A DNA stretch of 64,000 bases from a phage, in the NCBI GenBank assembly GCA_024614665.1, contig GCA_024614665.1_4861.1. One strand, 5' to 3'. Made by a program: the position numbers and the translations under genes. Below the pieces are notes generated by a model, which saw nothing but the letters and a program-made list of their open reading frames with translations, did not search any database and was not told where the DNA came from. This document shows positions 49,601-57,898 of the stretch, one piece after another. Every line of letters begins with the position of its first letter. Positions within the stretch are counted from its first letter, which is position 1.

Positions 49601-51856
49601 TCCAGACTTATCTGGTTGTCACAACCGCGTACCCGTTTGGCAATTGAAGTTGAGTTTGATCCGAACACCACTTACTCAGGTAAGGCGGGGTATGGCCCAA
49701 CTAACAATCGTCGTGTAGTAGATTCTATCACGTATGAGAATCTGTCGCAGATGTGCCACATTGTTACACCGGCGTCGCCTGGTACAGAGTTAAACGGCTG
49801 GTATTGCACAGGACCAGAAACATTCCCTTACCACAACGTTTCCGGCACTTTCACGATTCATGCCGATCGATTGACGCTGTCACAAGCTGAATGGAATAAG
49901 ATGAAGCAGATGATCATCGACGGAGCACCGGCAGGCGCTGCGAATGGTTATGCTTCGGAATTTATCCTTGCTGCAAATAACGCAGGAAAGGCATTGTTTT
50001 CCGTTTGGTTCATCGGCATCGGAACGGCCACACCGCTCACATTAGCACAAGTAGCATGTACACGTACTGTGAACAATGTTAACGTGTTAGATATCTACTA
50101 CTTTACACTGAAACCAACAATCAGCAACGGGCAGGTAACATTCCCCGCAGCGATATTGGCACTGTTTGACTTCTATAACAACCTCGTCTATGGCTTGAAC
50201 TATGCTACGTTGGGAGAGATAACGGGAGGAAAAACACGCCGGCCGGGACAACCTACCATGGTGTCGGTAGATGGTACGCAGTTCGGGTTGTATCTTCCAC
50301 ACACGTTAACCTTGCGCCAAATTGGCGACTTGGGTGCGCTTAACTACGGTGTCGGTCTTACGCTGTCTAATGGTACCTGGACGCGTTCTTCTGCCCCGCG
50401 CGGCATTGGACGCATGGCACCATCACACACTCCAGTCAGCCCAGCTTATCTGGCTCATCGTGATCAGGTGATGCTACACAACTCATCTCTCGACTACGTC
50501 TATTGTGGTGGTATCGCAATGTCGTCGAGTGATTTTGTCGCGGCTCCTAATTTTAGTGGCCCGACTGAATCGGTCGTCATTGCTGGTGTGGAAACAGCCG
50601 AAGGTTGGCTGGTATATGTGACTGAGGAAGTTAACCTGCGTTTCGGCTCGAGCACTTATAAGCTGCCTACGTGGTATATTGACCTCAGCGCAGCGTTTCC
50701 AACAAACCATCAGAACCGGACATTCTACCTGCACGCCAAGGTAGAAAATGGTACACCGAAGTACGTAATGGACGTGATTCAACATCCAGACACTGAAACG
50801 GAACTCTATATCGGGTATGTTAAAACGGGCTCGTCGCGAGTCGTCGAGACTAATGTCGAACATGTTAAGCGCTTGGGTGCGGTGAAACAGCTGTTGGAAC
50901 ACGCAGCAGTTGAGAATAAGCACGATGTGGAAGTGGGAAGGGATGCAGCAACGGGCAGACTGGCACCATTACGTAAAGAAGCGATGGGTCCTTTGTCTAT
51001 CGATGGCAAGAAAGGCTATCTGGATAGTCAGTTGCTTTATACCGTATCTGACGCACAGCGTCGCGGTAAAGCGATGGTGTCCAAACGTTTCGAAGGCTTG
51101 AAAACCTTGCCGGTGTTTACTCAGGCAAACAAGTCGGGGGCGTTTTGGAAACATCCTACAACAATTGCGACGGTAACGGCCGATGAGAACGGTGAAGCGG
51201 CATCGTTGGGAATGGAGTGGGTAGGTATTCCAACGCCCGCCTTCTCTCCGACCACAACATACGCGATGGTGATGATACAAAGTAAATTCGTCGTCCCAGG
51301 TACACCTGGAGTGGAAACAACCTTTAATGTCAACATCGCCCCATGGGAGACGGTAGAAATGTTTTTCTACAACGTCGAGGCGGAAGGTAAGGATGTTAAC
51401 ATTGATGAAAGTTCAGAACTGTTAACGCCGAGACCACATACCGTGTATCACGAACAGCACTCTCTGCCCGCAGGCGTGCCATGTACGTTTACTTTCGTTG
51501 GTGTGTTGAGTTCCTCAGCGCTTGAGATGGCCAACCAGCATATTTGCTCTTGGCTTTTCACGGACGCGGGGGGACTACCAATCACCACCGATCTTTCGGA
51601 TAGTAAGATTCAAATCTTTCCAGCGGCGGGAGAGACCAACGGCACACCAGTTGTTTTTAACAGCCGTAGCTACACGTTTGTGGATGTGGCGGGTGCAATT
51701 CCGGTTGTTACCACGGGCGCTCAGGGTTTATACCCACCACCGATCGTGGCGTGGGATGGCGATGATCTTACGTTAACGATTGCGCACGATTGGGTGAACG
51801 AGAGAGGATGGCAACAGGCTAATGTTATCCAGGTCAATCTTATGTTCCGTACCTAA
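46673..51856 (+). CDS. large tail fibre / receptor-binding-like structural protein 3 (about 1727 aa)
   Basis: Start at ATG with AGGAG RBS (track ORF begins at upstream TTG); N-terminus APFYRIGLTLTV...LIEGLDYFLGHY. Confidence 0.55.
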   Translation: MPREDAAQFNGTLSTATYPNRYSAVIPVEAPFYRIGLTLTVTDKTTGTKRKLIEGLDYFLGHYFQELAEAENDAIYGSIMLLNATEVEYELLSVGRQYRIPASEIGKYLVKTDMKDPRNCDWSELMKYPPIISPIDPPKDLEEAILRDEIVKALEDIRLGILERAHELDEAFAEVTDLIYQNGKQVFEDEMYQHHLVKNAHGYTCGDIGALPVLGKAVDATKAFGRTLAELVTLMSTSGIQQKHVDMLLDNTLGDLLGRMRVLNNDAITFQTTSGHVISMKGEKFIITSTKPLVLKADQDNNEPGIATEFSAGLNTLWVHSGKAGDKWGDYDAGVLAPVYNSVYLVTPDMVKMYLTSVKILPANAYFKSSDTLKIYGSGKETNKVYMNAELPAATTTVQGLFAITNLSASAASSTAISQKAVTDLKNKLDGYVDDTYTVNGKGFVLDENGQMHLTLTASDFGIEKMNNTGPLEKPVTNALRTVLSGKALSTHTHTIADLDDVPYASTSVTGLAKLWDAIDTTTDKMVTARQGFLLEQKIGTLNDKIATLLPAWTVGGSSYGNNNFLPIPVQGNYEGYTKNQTWQKGLARYEAGKVYSLRNGSNGNAPADWAIYYAYADVSPSNTLENMQQTSVRYHPAGMSAYPGVNLVAILITGTDAMICLGSDGAYYLVIFDGTIDHAKHHRVVKVYLGDYRNGNAAGVITTAPWVADPSTNDLIVCNDRVYLLRTVLTSGDYFVSMRSIALDELNLGGSNTFVADVLTGGMLTSGDNIYLRQGQKRSDTDVLVAPVTQIYADASAKWNSARNFVHGPECNHAIAVDGLNFRVGLTPTVWFASTTGQTINFKQWVSSFVVDCSSMTVTLEGADRFPIVADLTAVRYNGGAEIGIPSWKWGEGQANNRTFATSQDKYIVSQGLSGDRDLMPYVRITTLDDGVSWYEYLSCDYNFTARSFSAVMLNQGRGSIYELGMAYPLTLGANSRLIWLSQPRTRLAIEVEFDPNTTYSGKAGYGPTNNRRVVDSITYENLSQMCHIVTPASPGTELNGWYCTGPETFPYHNVSGTFTIHADRLTLSQAEWNKMKQMIIDGAPAGAANGYASEFILAANNAGKALFSVWFIGIGTATPLTLAQVACTRTVNNVNVLDIYYFTLKPTISNGQVTFPAAILALFDFYNNLVYGLNYATLGEITGGKTRRPGQPTMVSVDGTQFGLYLPHTLTLRQIGDLGALNYGVGLTLSNGTWTRSSAPRGIGRMAPSHTPVSPAYLAHRDQVMLHNSSLDYVYCGGIAMSSSDFVAAPNFSGPTESVVIAGVETAEGWLVYVTEEVNLRFGSSTYKLPTWYIDLSAAFPTNHQNRTFYLHAKVENGTPKYVMDVIQHPDTETELYIGYVKTGSSRVVETNVEHVKRLGAVKQLLEHAAVENKHDVEVGRDAATGRLAPLRKEAMGPLSIDGKKGYLDSQLLYTVSDAQRRGKAMVSKRFEGLKTLPVFTQANKSGAFWKHPTTIATVTADENGEAASLGMEWVGIPTPAFSPTTTYAMVMIQSKFVVPGTPGVETTFNVNIAPWETVEMFFYNVEAEGKDVNIDESSELLTPRPHTVYHEQHSLPAGVPCTFTFVGVLSSSALEMANQHICSWLFTDAGGLPITTDLSDSKIQIFPAAGETNGTPVVFNSRSYTFVDVAGAIPVVTTGAQGLYPPPIVAWDGDDLTLTIAHDWVNERGWQQANVIQVNLMFRT

Positions 51857-51903
51857 CAGATAGCGCTATGGGGCAAGGAAGCCCCAATCAAAGGAGTTTG
51901 GCA

Positions 51904-53106
51904 ATGGCCGAAATCATTTATCAGTACCCGCTCGACCTTACCGGGACATTAACGTCGAACGCCGTTACGCGGCGTATTACGTTAGGTTCTGGTAAAGTTA
52001 ACCGGGCTTTTGCATTTCCTGACGGAGCTTTCTACGCGGATACTTTCCGCTTAGCGGCTGCGAACAAACCGGGTGTCTACCCGTACAAACGTGGTACAGA
52101 CTACGAGCTGATTTTTGCACATACTGCATATCAGAAAATGACCAAGAACCGCGAAGTGGTCATGGGTGTGGTGGTAACTAACTCGGCCATTCCTACAGAT
52201 ATCGAAGTCTCTGCGCAAGTCGTTGGTGGTTTTCAGTCTGCGAACGTCGAAGGCATCCGACAAGCGATTGCGTCGTTGAAAATTGAAGACCGCGTGGTGG
52301 ACTTCAAGGATCTTCGGAACGTACCCGATACGTTCCCGTCCGCACCGACGTATAAAGACCTTGGCGATATCTACGGTTTTGAGTACATCATTACCGTGCT
52401 CGCGGGGATTAAAGATGCGATTAACTCCGGCTCTGCAGTACAGCTGGAAGAAATTAAAGGTATTCTGGACGGTCTGAAAAACGACTTCCTCGATGCCTTA
52501 AATACCCACATCAACGCCGAAGGTAACGTACACAATCTCGACATTCATCAGGTTAATGGCCTGACGGAGACGGAGATTCGTGCTCTGATTCAAAGTGTAC
52601 AGACTGCCATTGACGCCACTATCAGAGATATCGGCGACTTAAGAGCAGCAGACACGGCGTTGGGGCAACGCATCGATGCAGTTGTGGCTTCGTTAGCCGC
52701 GTGGAACGACCAGCTTAATGTAGTTGCTCAAAATTACCAGAAAATGTCGTTAGCATTAGCTAACCTTAATTCTCTGGTGTTGCAATTACAGAAGAAGGTT
52801 AATGATCTTCAGTCTGCGCTGAATGAAACAAATCAGCGTGTCACGGATCTTGAGAATCAAGGCAAAGACTTCCAACAGCAAATTGATAACCTGCAAGGAC
52901 AAATCAACAGTCTTAAAACTCAGGTTGTAAACAACACCAACGCAATTTCGCAGGCAAACCAGAATCTGGCGAACCATGCGGCTGCGGATAACCCACACCC
53001 GAATTACCTCCATAAACAGTATGGCGGTGTTGTGCAGGCTGCTGTTCACGTCAACAACAACCTCACCTCGCGCGACGATGTTCAAGCTGAAGCGGGTACT
53101 AAGTAA
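51904..53106 (+). CDS. fibre-like protein with shared N-terminal domain and C-terminal coiled coil (about 400 aa)
   Basis: Start at ATG with AAAGGAG RBS; N-terminus GAFYADTF...KRGTDYELIFAH; heptad-like Q/N/L-rich C-terminus. Confidence 0.5.
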   Translation: MAEIIYQYPLDLTGTLTSNAVTRRITLGSGKVNRAFAFPDGAFYADTFRLAAANKPGVYPYKRGTDYELIFAHTAYQKMTKNREVVMGVVVTNSAIPTDIEVSAQVVGGFQSANVEGIRQAIASLKIEDRVVDFKDLRNVPDTFPSAPTYKDLGDIYGFEYIITVLAGIKDAINSGSAVQLEEIKGILDGLKNDFLDALNTHINAEGNVHNLDIHQVNGLTETEIRALIQSVQTAIDATIRDIGDLRAADTALGQRIDAVVASLAAWNDQLNVVAQNYQKMSLALANLNSLVLQLQKKVNDLQSALNETNQRVTDLENQGKDFQQQIDNLQGQINSLKTQVVNNTNAISQANQNLANHAAADNPHPNYLHKQYGGVVQAAVHVNNNLTSRDDVQAEAGTK

Positions 53107-53113
53107 CTTGTTT

Positions 53114-53160
53114 ACGAGCCGGACTATGTTTATGGACATAGTCCGCTCGTTCTACTTTTT
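53114..53160 (+). terminator. intrinsic terminator separating fibre module from Cys-peptide cassette
   Basis: cggactatgt/acatagtccg stem, then TCTACTTTTT. Confidence 0.5.
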
Positions 53161-53171
53161 AAGGAAGCGTA

Positions 53172-53564
53172 ATGGCGATATCTATTAAAGACGTCAGAAA
53201 CCGCGTCCAGATAGTCGAAGCTAACATGGCGACAGGCCCCCGTATCGACGCGCAAGTGGCCTCTAAAGCCCATAACGCGGCAGACCGATTTGGGGGTTGG
53301 ACGAAAACACAGCTAGATTGCGGCGGGACATGTTCTTGGACGTGCTCTAACGGTTGCTCGCATGGCTGTTCGAGCTGTTCAGGAAGCTGTTCTGCTTCTT
53401 GTATCGGTAGCTGTTCTTCGACGTGTGGCGGTAACTGTTCTGGTTGCTCTGGTTGTTCTGGTGGTTGCAGTAGTAGCTGTACCGGTAACTGCACAGGTGG
53501 TTGCGGTGGCTCTTGTTCCGCAAACTGCTCCGGGGCCTGCTCCGGCGGCTGTTCAGGTCGCTAA
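53172..53564 (+). CDS. Cys-rich leader+core peptide A (130 aa), candidate RiPP precursor
   Basis: AAGGAAG RBS; leader-like N-terminus (ISIKDVRNRVQIVEAN); core has about 21 Cys at Cxxx spacing. Confidence 0.6.
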   Translation: MAISIKDVRNRVQIVEANMATGPRIDAQVASKAHNAADRFGGWTKTQLDCGGTCSWTCSNGCSHGCSSCSGSCSASCIGSCSSTCGGNCSGCSGCSGGCSSSCTGNCTGGCGGSCSANCSGACSGGCSGR

Positions 53565-53574
53565 GGGGGATTAA

Positions 53575-53979
53575 ATGGCAATTGGATTAAAAGAACTGAA
53601 TAACCGATTAAACACGATCGATGCAAACGCTCTAAAGAATACCACGAATGTGCAAAACTACATTCGCAATAAAGCTACGAATAACGCCGACTTGTTCGCA
53701 GGTCAAGGCCGTTCGCACTATGACTGTGGTGGCACATGCTCTTTTAGTTGCTCGAGTTGTTCTGGCGGATGTACTGGGTCTGCGACAGGTGGTTGTGGGT
53801 CGACTTGTTCGGCAAACTGTGTATCAGGCTGTAGCAGCAGCTGCACGGGCTGTAGCTCTTCGTGCTCTGGTGGTTGTAGCGGCACGTGCACAGGCAGCTG
53901 TTCTGGGGGTTGTGGTAAATCCTGCTCCGCAAACTGCTCAGGTGCGTGCTCTGGTGGTTGTTCAGGTCCTAACTCCTAA
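53575..53979 (+). CDS. Cys-rich leader+core peptide B (134 aa), candidate RiPP precursor
   Basis: AAGGGGGA RBS; leader (IGLKELNNRLNTIDAN); core about 20 Cys; C-terminus near-identical to peptide A (SCSANCSGACSGGCSG). Confidence 0.6.
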   Translation: MAIGLKELNNRLNTIDANALKNTTNVQNYIRNKATNNADLFAGQGRSHYDCGGTCSFSCSSCSGGCTGSATGGCGSTCSANCVSGCSSSCTGCSSSCSGGCSGTCTGSCSGGCGKSCSANCSGACSGGCSGPNS

Positions 53980-53994
53980 CTGACGGAGGCTTAT

Positions 53995-54201
53995 GTGATC
54001 AGTCTCAAGACTATTCGAAACCGTCTCGTTACGGCAGAAGGCTACATTACAACCGCGCAGGCAAACAACTATATCGCTAACCAGGGCACCGTGTCAACCA
54101 CGAACAACCTGGCTGGTTTACCGCTTTCTCACTATAACTGTAATGGTGGGTGTAGCTGGTCCTGCAGCGGAAGCTGTAGCCGTGGAGCGGGGAATCGATA
54201 A
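53995..54201 (+). CDS. short Cys-containing leader+core peptide C (68 aa), candidate RiPP precursor
   Basis: GTG start 5 nt after GACGGAGG; leader (ISLKTIRNRLVTAEGY); short core CNGGCSWSCSGSCS. Confidence 0.45.
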   Translation: MISLKTIRNRLVTAEGYITTAQANNYIANQGTVSTTNNLAGLPLSHYNCNGGCSWSCSGSCSRGAGNR

Positions 54202-54223
54202 CAGAAAACGTTCGGAGTATTAA

Positions 54224-55111
54224 ATGAAAAACGATTTGCATCTTGCGTATAAAACCACATTCAACCACCCGCTGCATCTATCTTCCCCAGATTCGGTGCG
54301 TGCACACCTCGCTGACAAAGTCAGACTGATTGCACAGATTCCTGGTGAGTGGCCAAAGGTTCGTGGTCGCTTCTTGACCGACAAGAAGAACTACACCGTA
54401 GAAAATACGTTTAAGATCCGTGATATGGTTGCAGAGGCCATCGTTATCTTTAACGGCGATGGTAACTCTCGCGGCGTGTTGGTTGACGGTAAGTATTTCT
54501 TCAGTGAAGGGATTCTGAACAACAGTGTCGATTTAGAACTGATGTTTACACCGTTTGACGAACTCGAAGCAAAACCGATGGCGCGCCGTTGGTGGAGTCC
54601 GGACTATCTGGGCTCGTTCCCTTACTACTTTGTACTGGTACCTGCCGATACGGAAACGTATTTCGACACCGAACCGTACATCGATATCGAGGGATATAAA
54701 GAACTCGGCATCACCCGTTTAGCGGACATGATGGCGTATAGCTATAAGTTCGTGTGGGATAAAAAGCGTTCTGTCTGGTATGCGCTGACTGACGATTTTG
54801 AAATCACCAAACGTATTCGTAAGCCGTGGATGCAACACCTGGTTCAAACCCGATATGGGGATTACCCGGCGACAGAAGCGGATTTGAGTAAGCTGGTAAG
54901 CTTCCTCTTAACGAAGGTGGATTTAACGAAAGAAGAAGCAGAAGCTGTTTCTGAGATTCGTAGTCGTTCGGTTACGTTGGCCGATTTGAAACGCTTGAAC
55001 GAAAGACATGCCGACCTGAACAAAATTTTAGCTGCCTATCACGACCCGATGTTACTGGTGCCTGGCGCTAATGTAGACGAAGATCCTTTATTCGCCATTG
55101 ATTATATTTAA
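54224..55111 (+). CDS. hypothetical protein in Cys-peptide/radical SAM cassette (295 aa)
   Basis: Between the peptide genes and the radical SAM genes; no motif recognised. Confidence 0.5.
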   Translation: MKNDLHLAYKTTFNHPLHLSSPDSVRAHLADKVRLIAQIPGEWPKVRGRFLTDKKNYTVENTFKIRDMVAEAIVIFNGDGNSRGVLVDGKYFFSEGILNNSVDLELMFTPFDELEAKPMARRWWSPDYLGSFPYYFVLVPADTETYFDTEPYIDIEGYKELGITRLADMMAYSYKFVWDKKRSVWYALTDDFEITKRIRKPWMQHLVQTRYGDYPATEADLSKLVSFLLTKVDLTKEEAEAVSEIRSRSVTLADLKRLNERHADLNKILAAYHDPMLLVPGANVDEDPLFAIDYI

Positions 55112-55133
55112 AAATATACTGGAGCAACCTGCA

Positions 55134-56048
55134 ATGACAGATCAAGTAGAATCCAGGATCTCGTCTGAACTGTACGACAAACCGTCAATTCTGTCGGTTG
55201 TCGCAACTTCTAAGTGTAACTTAGACTGTAGCTTCTGTGGAGGGGCTTATTACATGGATAGAGAAGATACTTCTCGTGAGTTTCAACGTGAAGAGATTCT
55301 CTCGATTTTAGAGAAGAATCCGGATATCGGTGAAATTCATTGGACGGGCGGTGAGCCGCTGTTAGCGCAGCGCAAGATTGAAGACTTCGTGAACGAGTTG
55401 AAGGAGTCTCATCCGAACCTCCGTCATCACATGTACACCAACGGTTTAAAGATGCGTAAATCACATCTGCCGTTGCTGAAACAGTTCGACCTTATCTTTG
55501 TGTCCATTGACGGCTACAAGAAGTCGGAACGTCCGTTTATGAACTTTGTAAACGGTGGTAATCACGAAGCGCTGGAAGTGCTGTACGAGCTGGACAACTA
55601 TTACACCTGGGGTGTGATGACGCGTGACCAGTTAGGTGATAAACGCTGGTACGAAGATTTCATCGAGCTGCACCGAGCAATCTATCATTACCGTCCAGGT
55701 GGTATGTCGTTGCTGTTTGATGCGATGATGCCGAAACCGTTATCGCCAGACCACGTCATGAACTTCATGTACGGGTATTGGAAAATACTCGACAATATCG
55801 AACGCCTTAACATGCAGAACGATTCTGAGTGTGGGCTTGCGATCAGTAAAATGTTCGATACTGAGTGCAACACGTGCAGTGAAGTGCTGTGGCTTAACGC
55901 CGACGGTACGCAGGAGCAAATTCAGAACGCCCCAGAGATATTGGAAGTCGGCTGTAATCGCCTGGCGCGTTCTATCGGCGTTGATGCGTATAACTACATC
56001 AACCGTGTAATTTCTGCTAAGCGTAAACGGGCGGCGAACAATGAGTAA
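55134..56048 (+). CDS. radical SAM enzyme 1 (about 304 aa)
   Basis: CNLDCSFC (CxxxCxxC) near N-terminus and IHWTGGEPLL; extra C-terminal Cys; ATG with GGAG RBS (track ORF begins at upstream TTG). Confidence 0.7.
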   Translation: MTDQVESRISSELYDKPSILSVVATSKCNLDCSFCGGAYYMDREDTSREFQREEILSILEKNPDIGEIHWTGGEPLLAQRKIEDFVNELKESHPNLRHHMYTNGLKMRKSHLPLLKQFDLIFVSIDGYKKSERPFMNFVNGGNHEALEVLYELDNYYTWGVMTRDQLGDKRWYEDFIELHRAIYHYRPGGMSLLFDAMMPKPLSPDHVMNFMYGYWKILDNIERLNMQNDSECGLAISKMFDTECNTCSEVLWLNADGTQEQIQNAPEILEVGCNRLARSIGVDAYNYINRVISAKRKRAANNE

Positions 56049-57369
56049 CAGCGAACAGCAAATCCAGTACACACCACGCACGTATCAGGTTGTGACTAAC
56101 CTGTCATGTAATCTGGACTGCGAATACTGCTACGAGCGTAAATATCCTCGTAACAACAAAGTAGCAGACGTGATTGATTTTATCCACGCTTGTTTCGAGC
56201 GTGATAAAGATATCCCGAACGTTGAGGTCATCATCGATATCATCGGTGGTGAGCCGTTCATGCAGCCTAAACTTCTTTTGGCGGCCTTTGAAACCGCAGA
56301 GAAGTTATGCGCAGAACACAATCGCCCGTATATGTTCAGTATCTCCACGAACGGTACACTTCTGGACCGTCCGCTGAACAAAGAAATTATCGAGCGCTGG
56401 AAAGACAAACTGTCTATTGGGGTCTCCATCGATGGTTTACCTGAAGTCCATGACAAATATCGTATCTTTACCACGACGCGTGAAGGGTCGTACGAAGCTG
56501 CGGTACGCGGTTACAATTATCTGAAGAGTGTTGGCATCGCTGAATTAGGCGTAAAGGCGACGTTTACGATCGATACATTGCCGCACTATGCCGCCAGCAT
56601 GAAATCGTTAATTGACATGTCCGGCGGTGGTACCATTTCTGGTAACGTAACGTACGAAGATATCCTGCCGCGCCATATGGCGTTGGATATCGCGAACCAG
56701 ATGATGGACGTGATGGACTACTGGATTGAGAAGGGTCTGCACACCAACCCGCGTAACACGATTACACACATCATCCCGGATGGCCTGAACTTTATGGCAA
56801 CTTGGGACCCGGATTGGCGTGACAAACTCTTACATGACGACTCTGTTCGTCTCGACCCAGAACGCCTGAAACCGTACTGCGGTACGTTGACGCACATGAC
56901 CTGTCTCGGCTTTGATCGCAAGATTTACGGTTGTAACCGTTTCATGTCCACGGTAACTTCCCGTTCTGCTGTAGCAGAACTGGTCGGTCGTGAGTTTGTG
57001 AGCCTGGACGGTGGTAAGTTGTTAGAAGAGATTCAAACACAGTACACCAACTACCCAGAAACCTGTTTAGGGTGTCCGATGAAACACAGTTGCGGTAGCT
57101 GCGCAGCAGCATCGTACGAAAACGGTGAAGGTACACTGGAAGACCGTAAAGCGTATCACGCCGAGCGTCGTCAGTGTGGTTGGACTACTGCGAAGCTGAT
57201 GGCGGCGGAATATTGGTATCAGAAAACTGGTACGACCCGCGCATCAGATTTGCATGATAAATCCATGTGCTATTGTTCACGTTGTGTACGCCAACGTGCT
57301 GAAGCAGAAAAATTACAAAACGGAGCCCAGAATGAAGTCAATACTGATTCACAATTTTACGAAGCGTAA
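56041..57369 (+). CDS. radical SAM enzyme 2 with SPASM-like C-terminal Cys cluster (442 aa)
   Basis: CNLDCEYC and IIGGEPFMQP; C-terminal CGTLTHMTC...CLGCPMKHSCGSC...CYCSRC; ATGAGTAA overlap with enzyme 1. Confidence 0.7.
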   Translation: MSNSEQQIQYTPRTYQVVTNLSCNLDCEYCYERKYPRNNKVADVIDFIHACFERDKDIPNVEVIIDIIGGEPFMQPKLLLAAFETAEKLCAEHNRPYMFSISTNGTLLDRPLNKEIIERWKDKLSIGVSIDGLPEVHDKYRIFTTTREGSYEAAVRGYNYLKSVGIAELGVKATFTIDTLPHYAASMKSLIDMSGGGTISGNVTYEDILPRHMALDIANQMMDVMDYWIEKGLHTNPRNTITHIIPDGLNFMATWDPDWRDKLLHDDSVRLDPERLKPYCGTLTHMTCLGFDRKIYGCNRFMSTVTSRSAVAELVGREFVSLDGGKLLEEIQTQYTNYPETCLGCPMKHSCGSCAAASYENGEGTLEDRKAYHAERRQCGWTTAKLMAAEYWYQKTGTTRASDLHDKSMCYCSRCVRQRAEAEKLQNGAQNEVNTDSQFYEA

Positions 57370-57898
57370 ACTGCACTTGGTCGATCGCTTCCTGCGCAAA
57401 AGCAAGCTGTACAATGTGCACGCAATTGTGGCAGGGGAAGACTTCACTGATGAAATCCAAAGCCTGTTGATTAAATACGGGCTGAATGTGATGATCCCGG
57501 TCTACTGCGTTGAGAAAGGACACGAGTCTGTCGCGGAAATCGAAAAGCGCAACCCCGGCTTTGAGAAGCGACTGCTTGCATACCCACGCCACAAAATCGA
57601 ACTGCTACGTCACTCTATTGATGAAGCCAGTCCTGAAAGTTTAGTGGCTTTGGGCTTGTCTTTCCCGCGGATGCGTATTCGTAACTTACGCTCCAATAAC
57701 CCGGTTGACGCTTATTACACAGAGCGTCAAATCTTCGAAGAACACCTGCTCCCGCAGTTGGAAGAAGAAGAGCAACACAACATTTCTCTGTTGTGGGCCG
57801 GTAACCTCGATCAGGACTTCCAGATGCTGGACTTCGGTTTGTTGTTAGAACTTGGCCTGATTGAGGAGGACGAATGTCTGTTACTGACAAAAGCTTAA
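57332..57898 (+). CDS. hypothetical protein in cassette (about 188 aa)
   Basis: Start at ATG with GGAG RBS (MKSILIHNF); overlaps end of radical SAM 2. Confidence 0.45.
   Translation: MKSILIHNFTKRKLHLVDRFLRKSKLYNVHAIVAGEDFTDEIQSLLIKYGLNVMIPVYCVEKGHESVAEIEKRNPGFEKRLLAYPRHKIELLRHSIDEASPESLVALGLSFPRMRIRNLRSNNPVDAYYTERQIFEEHLLPQLEEEEQHNISLLWAGNLDQDFQMLDFGLLLELGLIEEDECLLLTKA

Larger units (their letters stand above)
53172..53979 (+). repeat. tandem duplication of about 400-bp Cys-rich peptide gene unit
   Basis: Two adjacent paralogous ORFs with same architecture and near-identical 3' ends; internal short-period TGC/TGT-containing codon repeats. Confidence 0.5.

Noticed and set aside
38877-51280. 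Many 60-150 aa antisense or out-of-frame ORFs inside the giant fibre genes (e.g. 43502-43864, 47555-47929, 50483-50923)
   Set aside because: Embedded within very long ORFs on the other strand or frame; no independent signals; typical random ORFs in GC-balanced coding DNA.
53300-53980. Possible CRISPR-like or simple tandem DNA repeat array
   Set aside because: The repetition is at codon level (TGC/TGT-containing Ser/Gly codons) within an ORF, with no fixed-length direct repeats and unique spacers; coding origin explains it.
53159-53983. Alternative-frame ORFs across the Cys-rich peptide genes (53159-53494 minus, 53362-53574 plus, 53648-53983 plus, 53744-53932 minus)
   Set aside because: Artefacts of the GC-rich, short-period codon repeats; the frames with leader-like N-termini, RBSs and Cxxx periodicity are the plausible genes.
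46628-57369. Longer N-terminal extensions suggested by the ORF track (46628, 51868, 55098, 57254, 59224 starts; 32307, 24885 on minus)
   Set aside because: These begin at TTG/GTG or at ATGs lacking an RBS and overlap upstream genes or terminators; a downstream ATG with a Shine-Dalgarno-like sequence is more plausible in each case.
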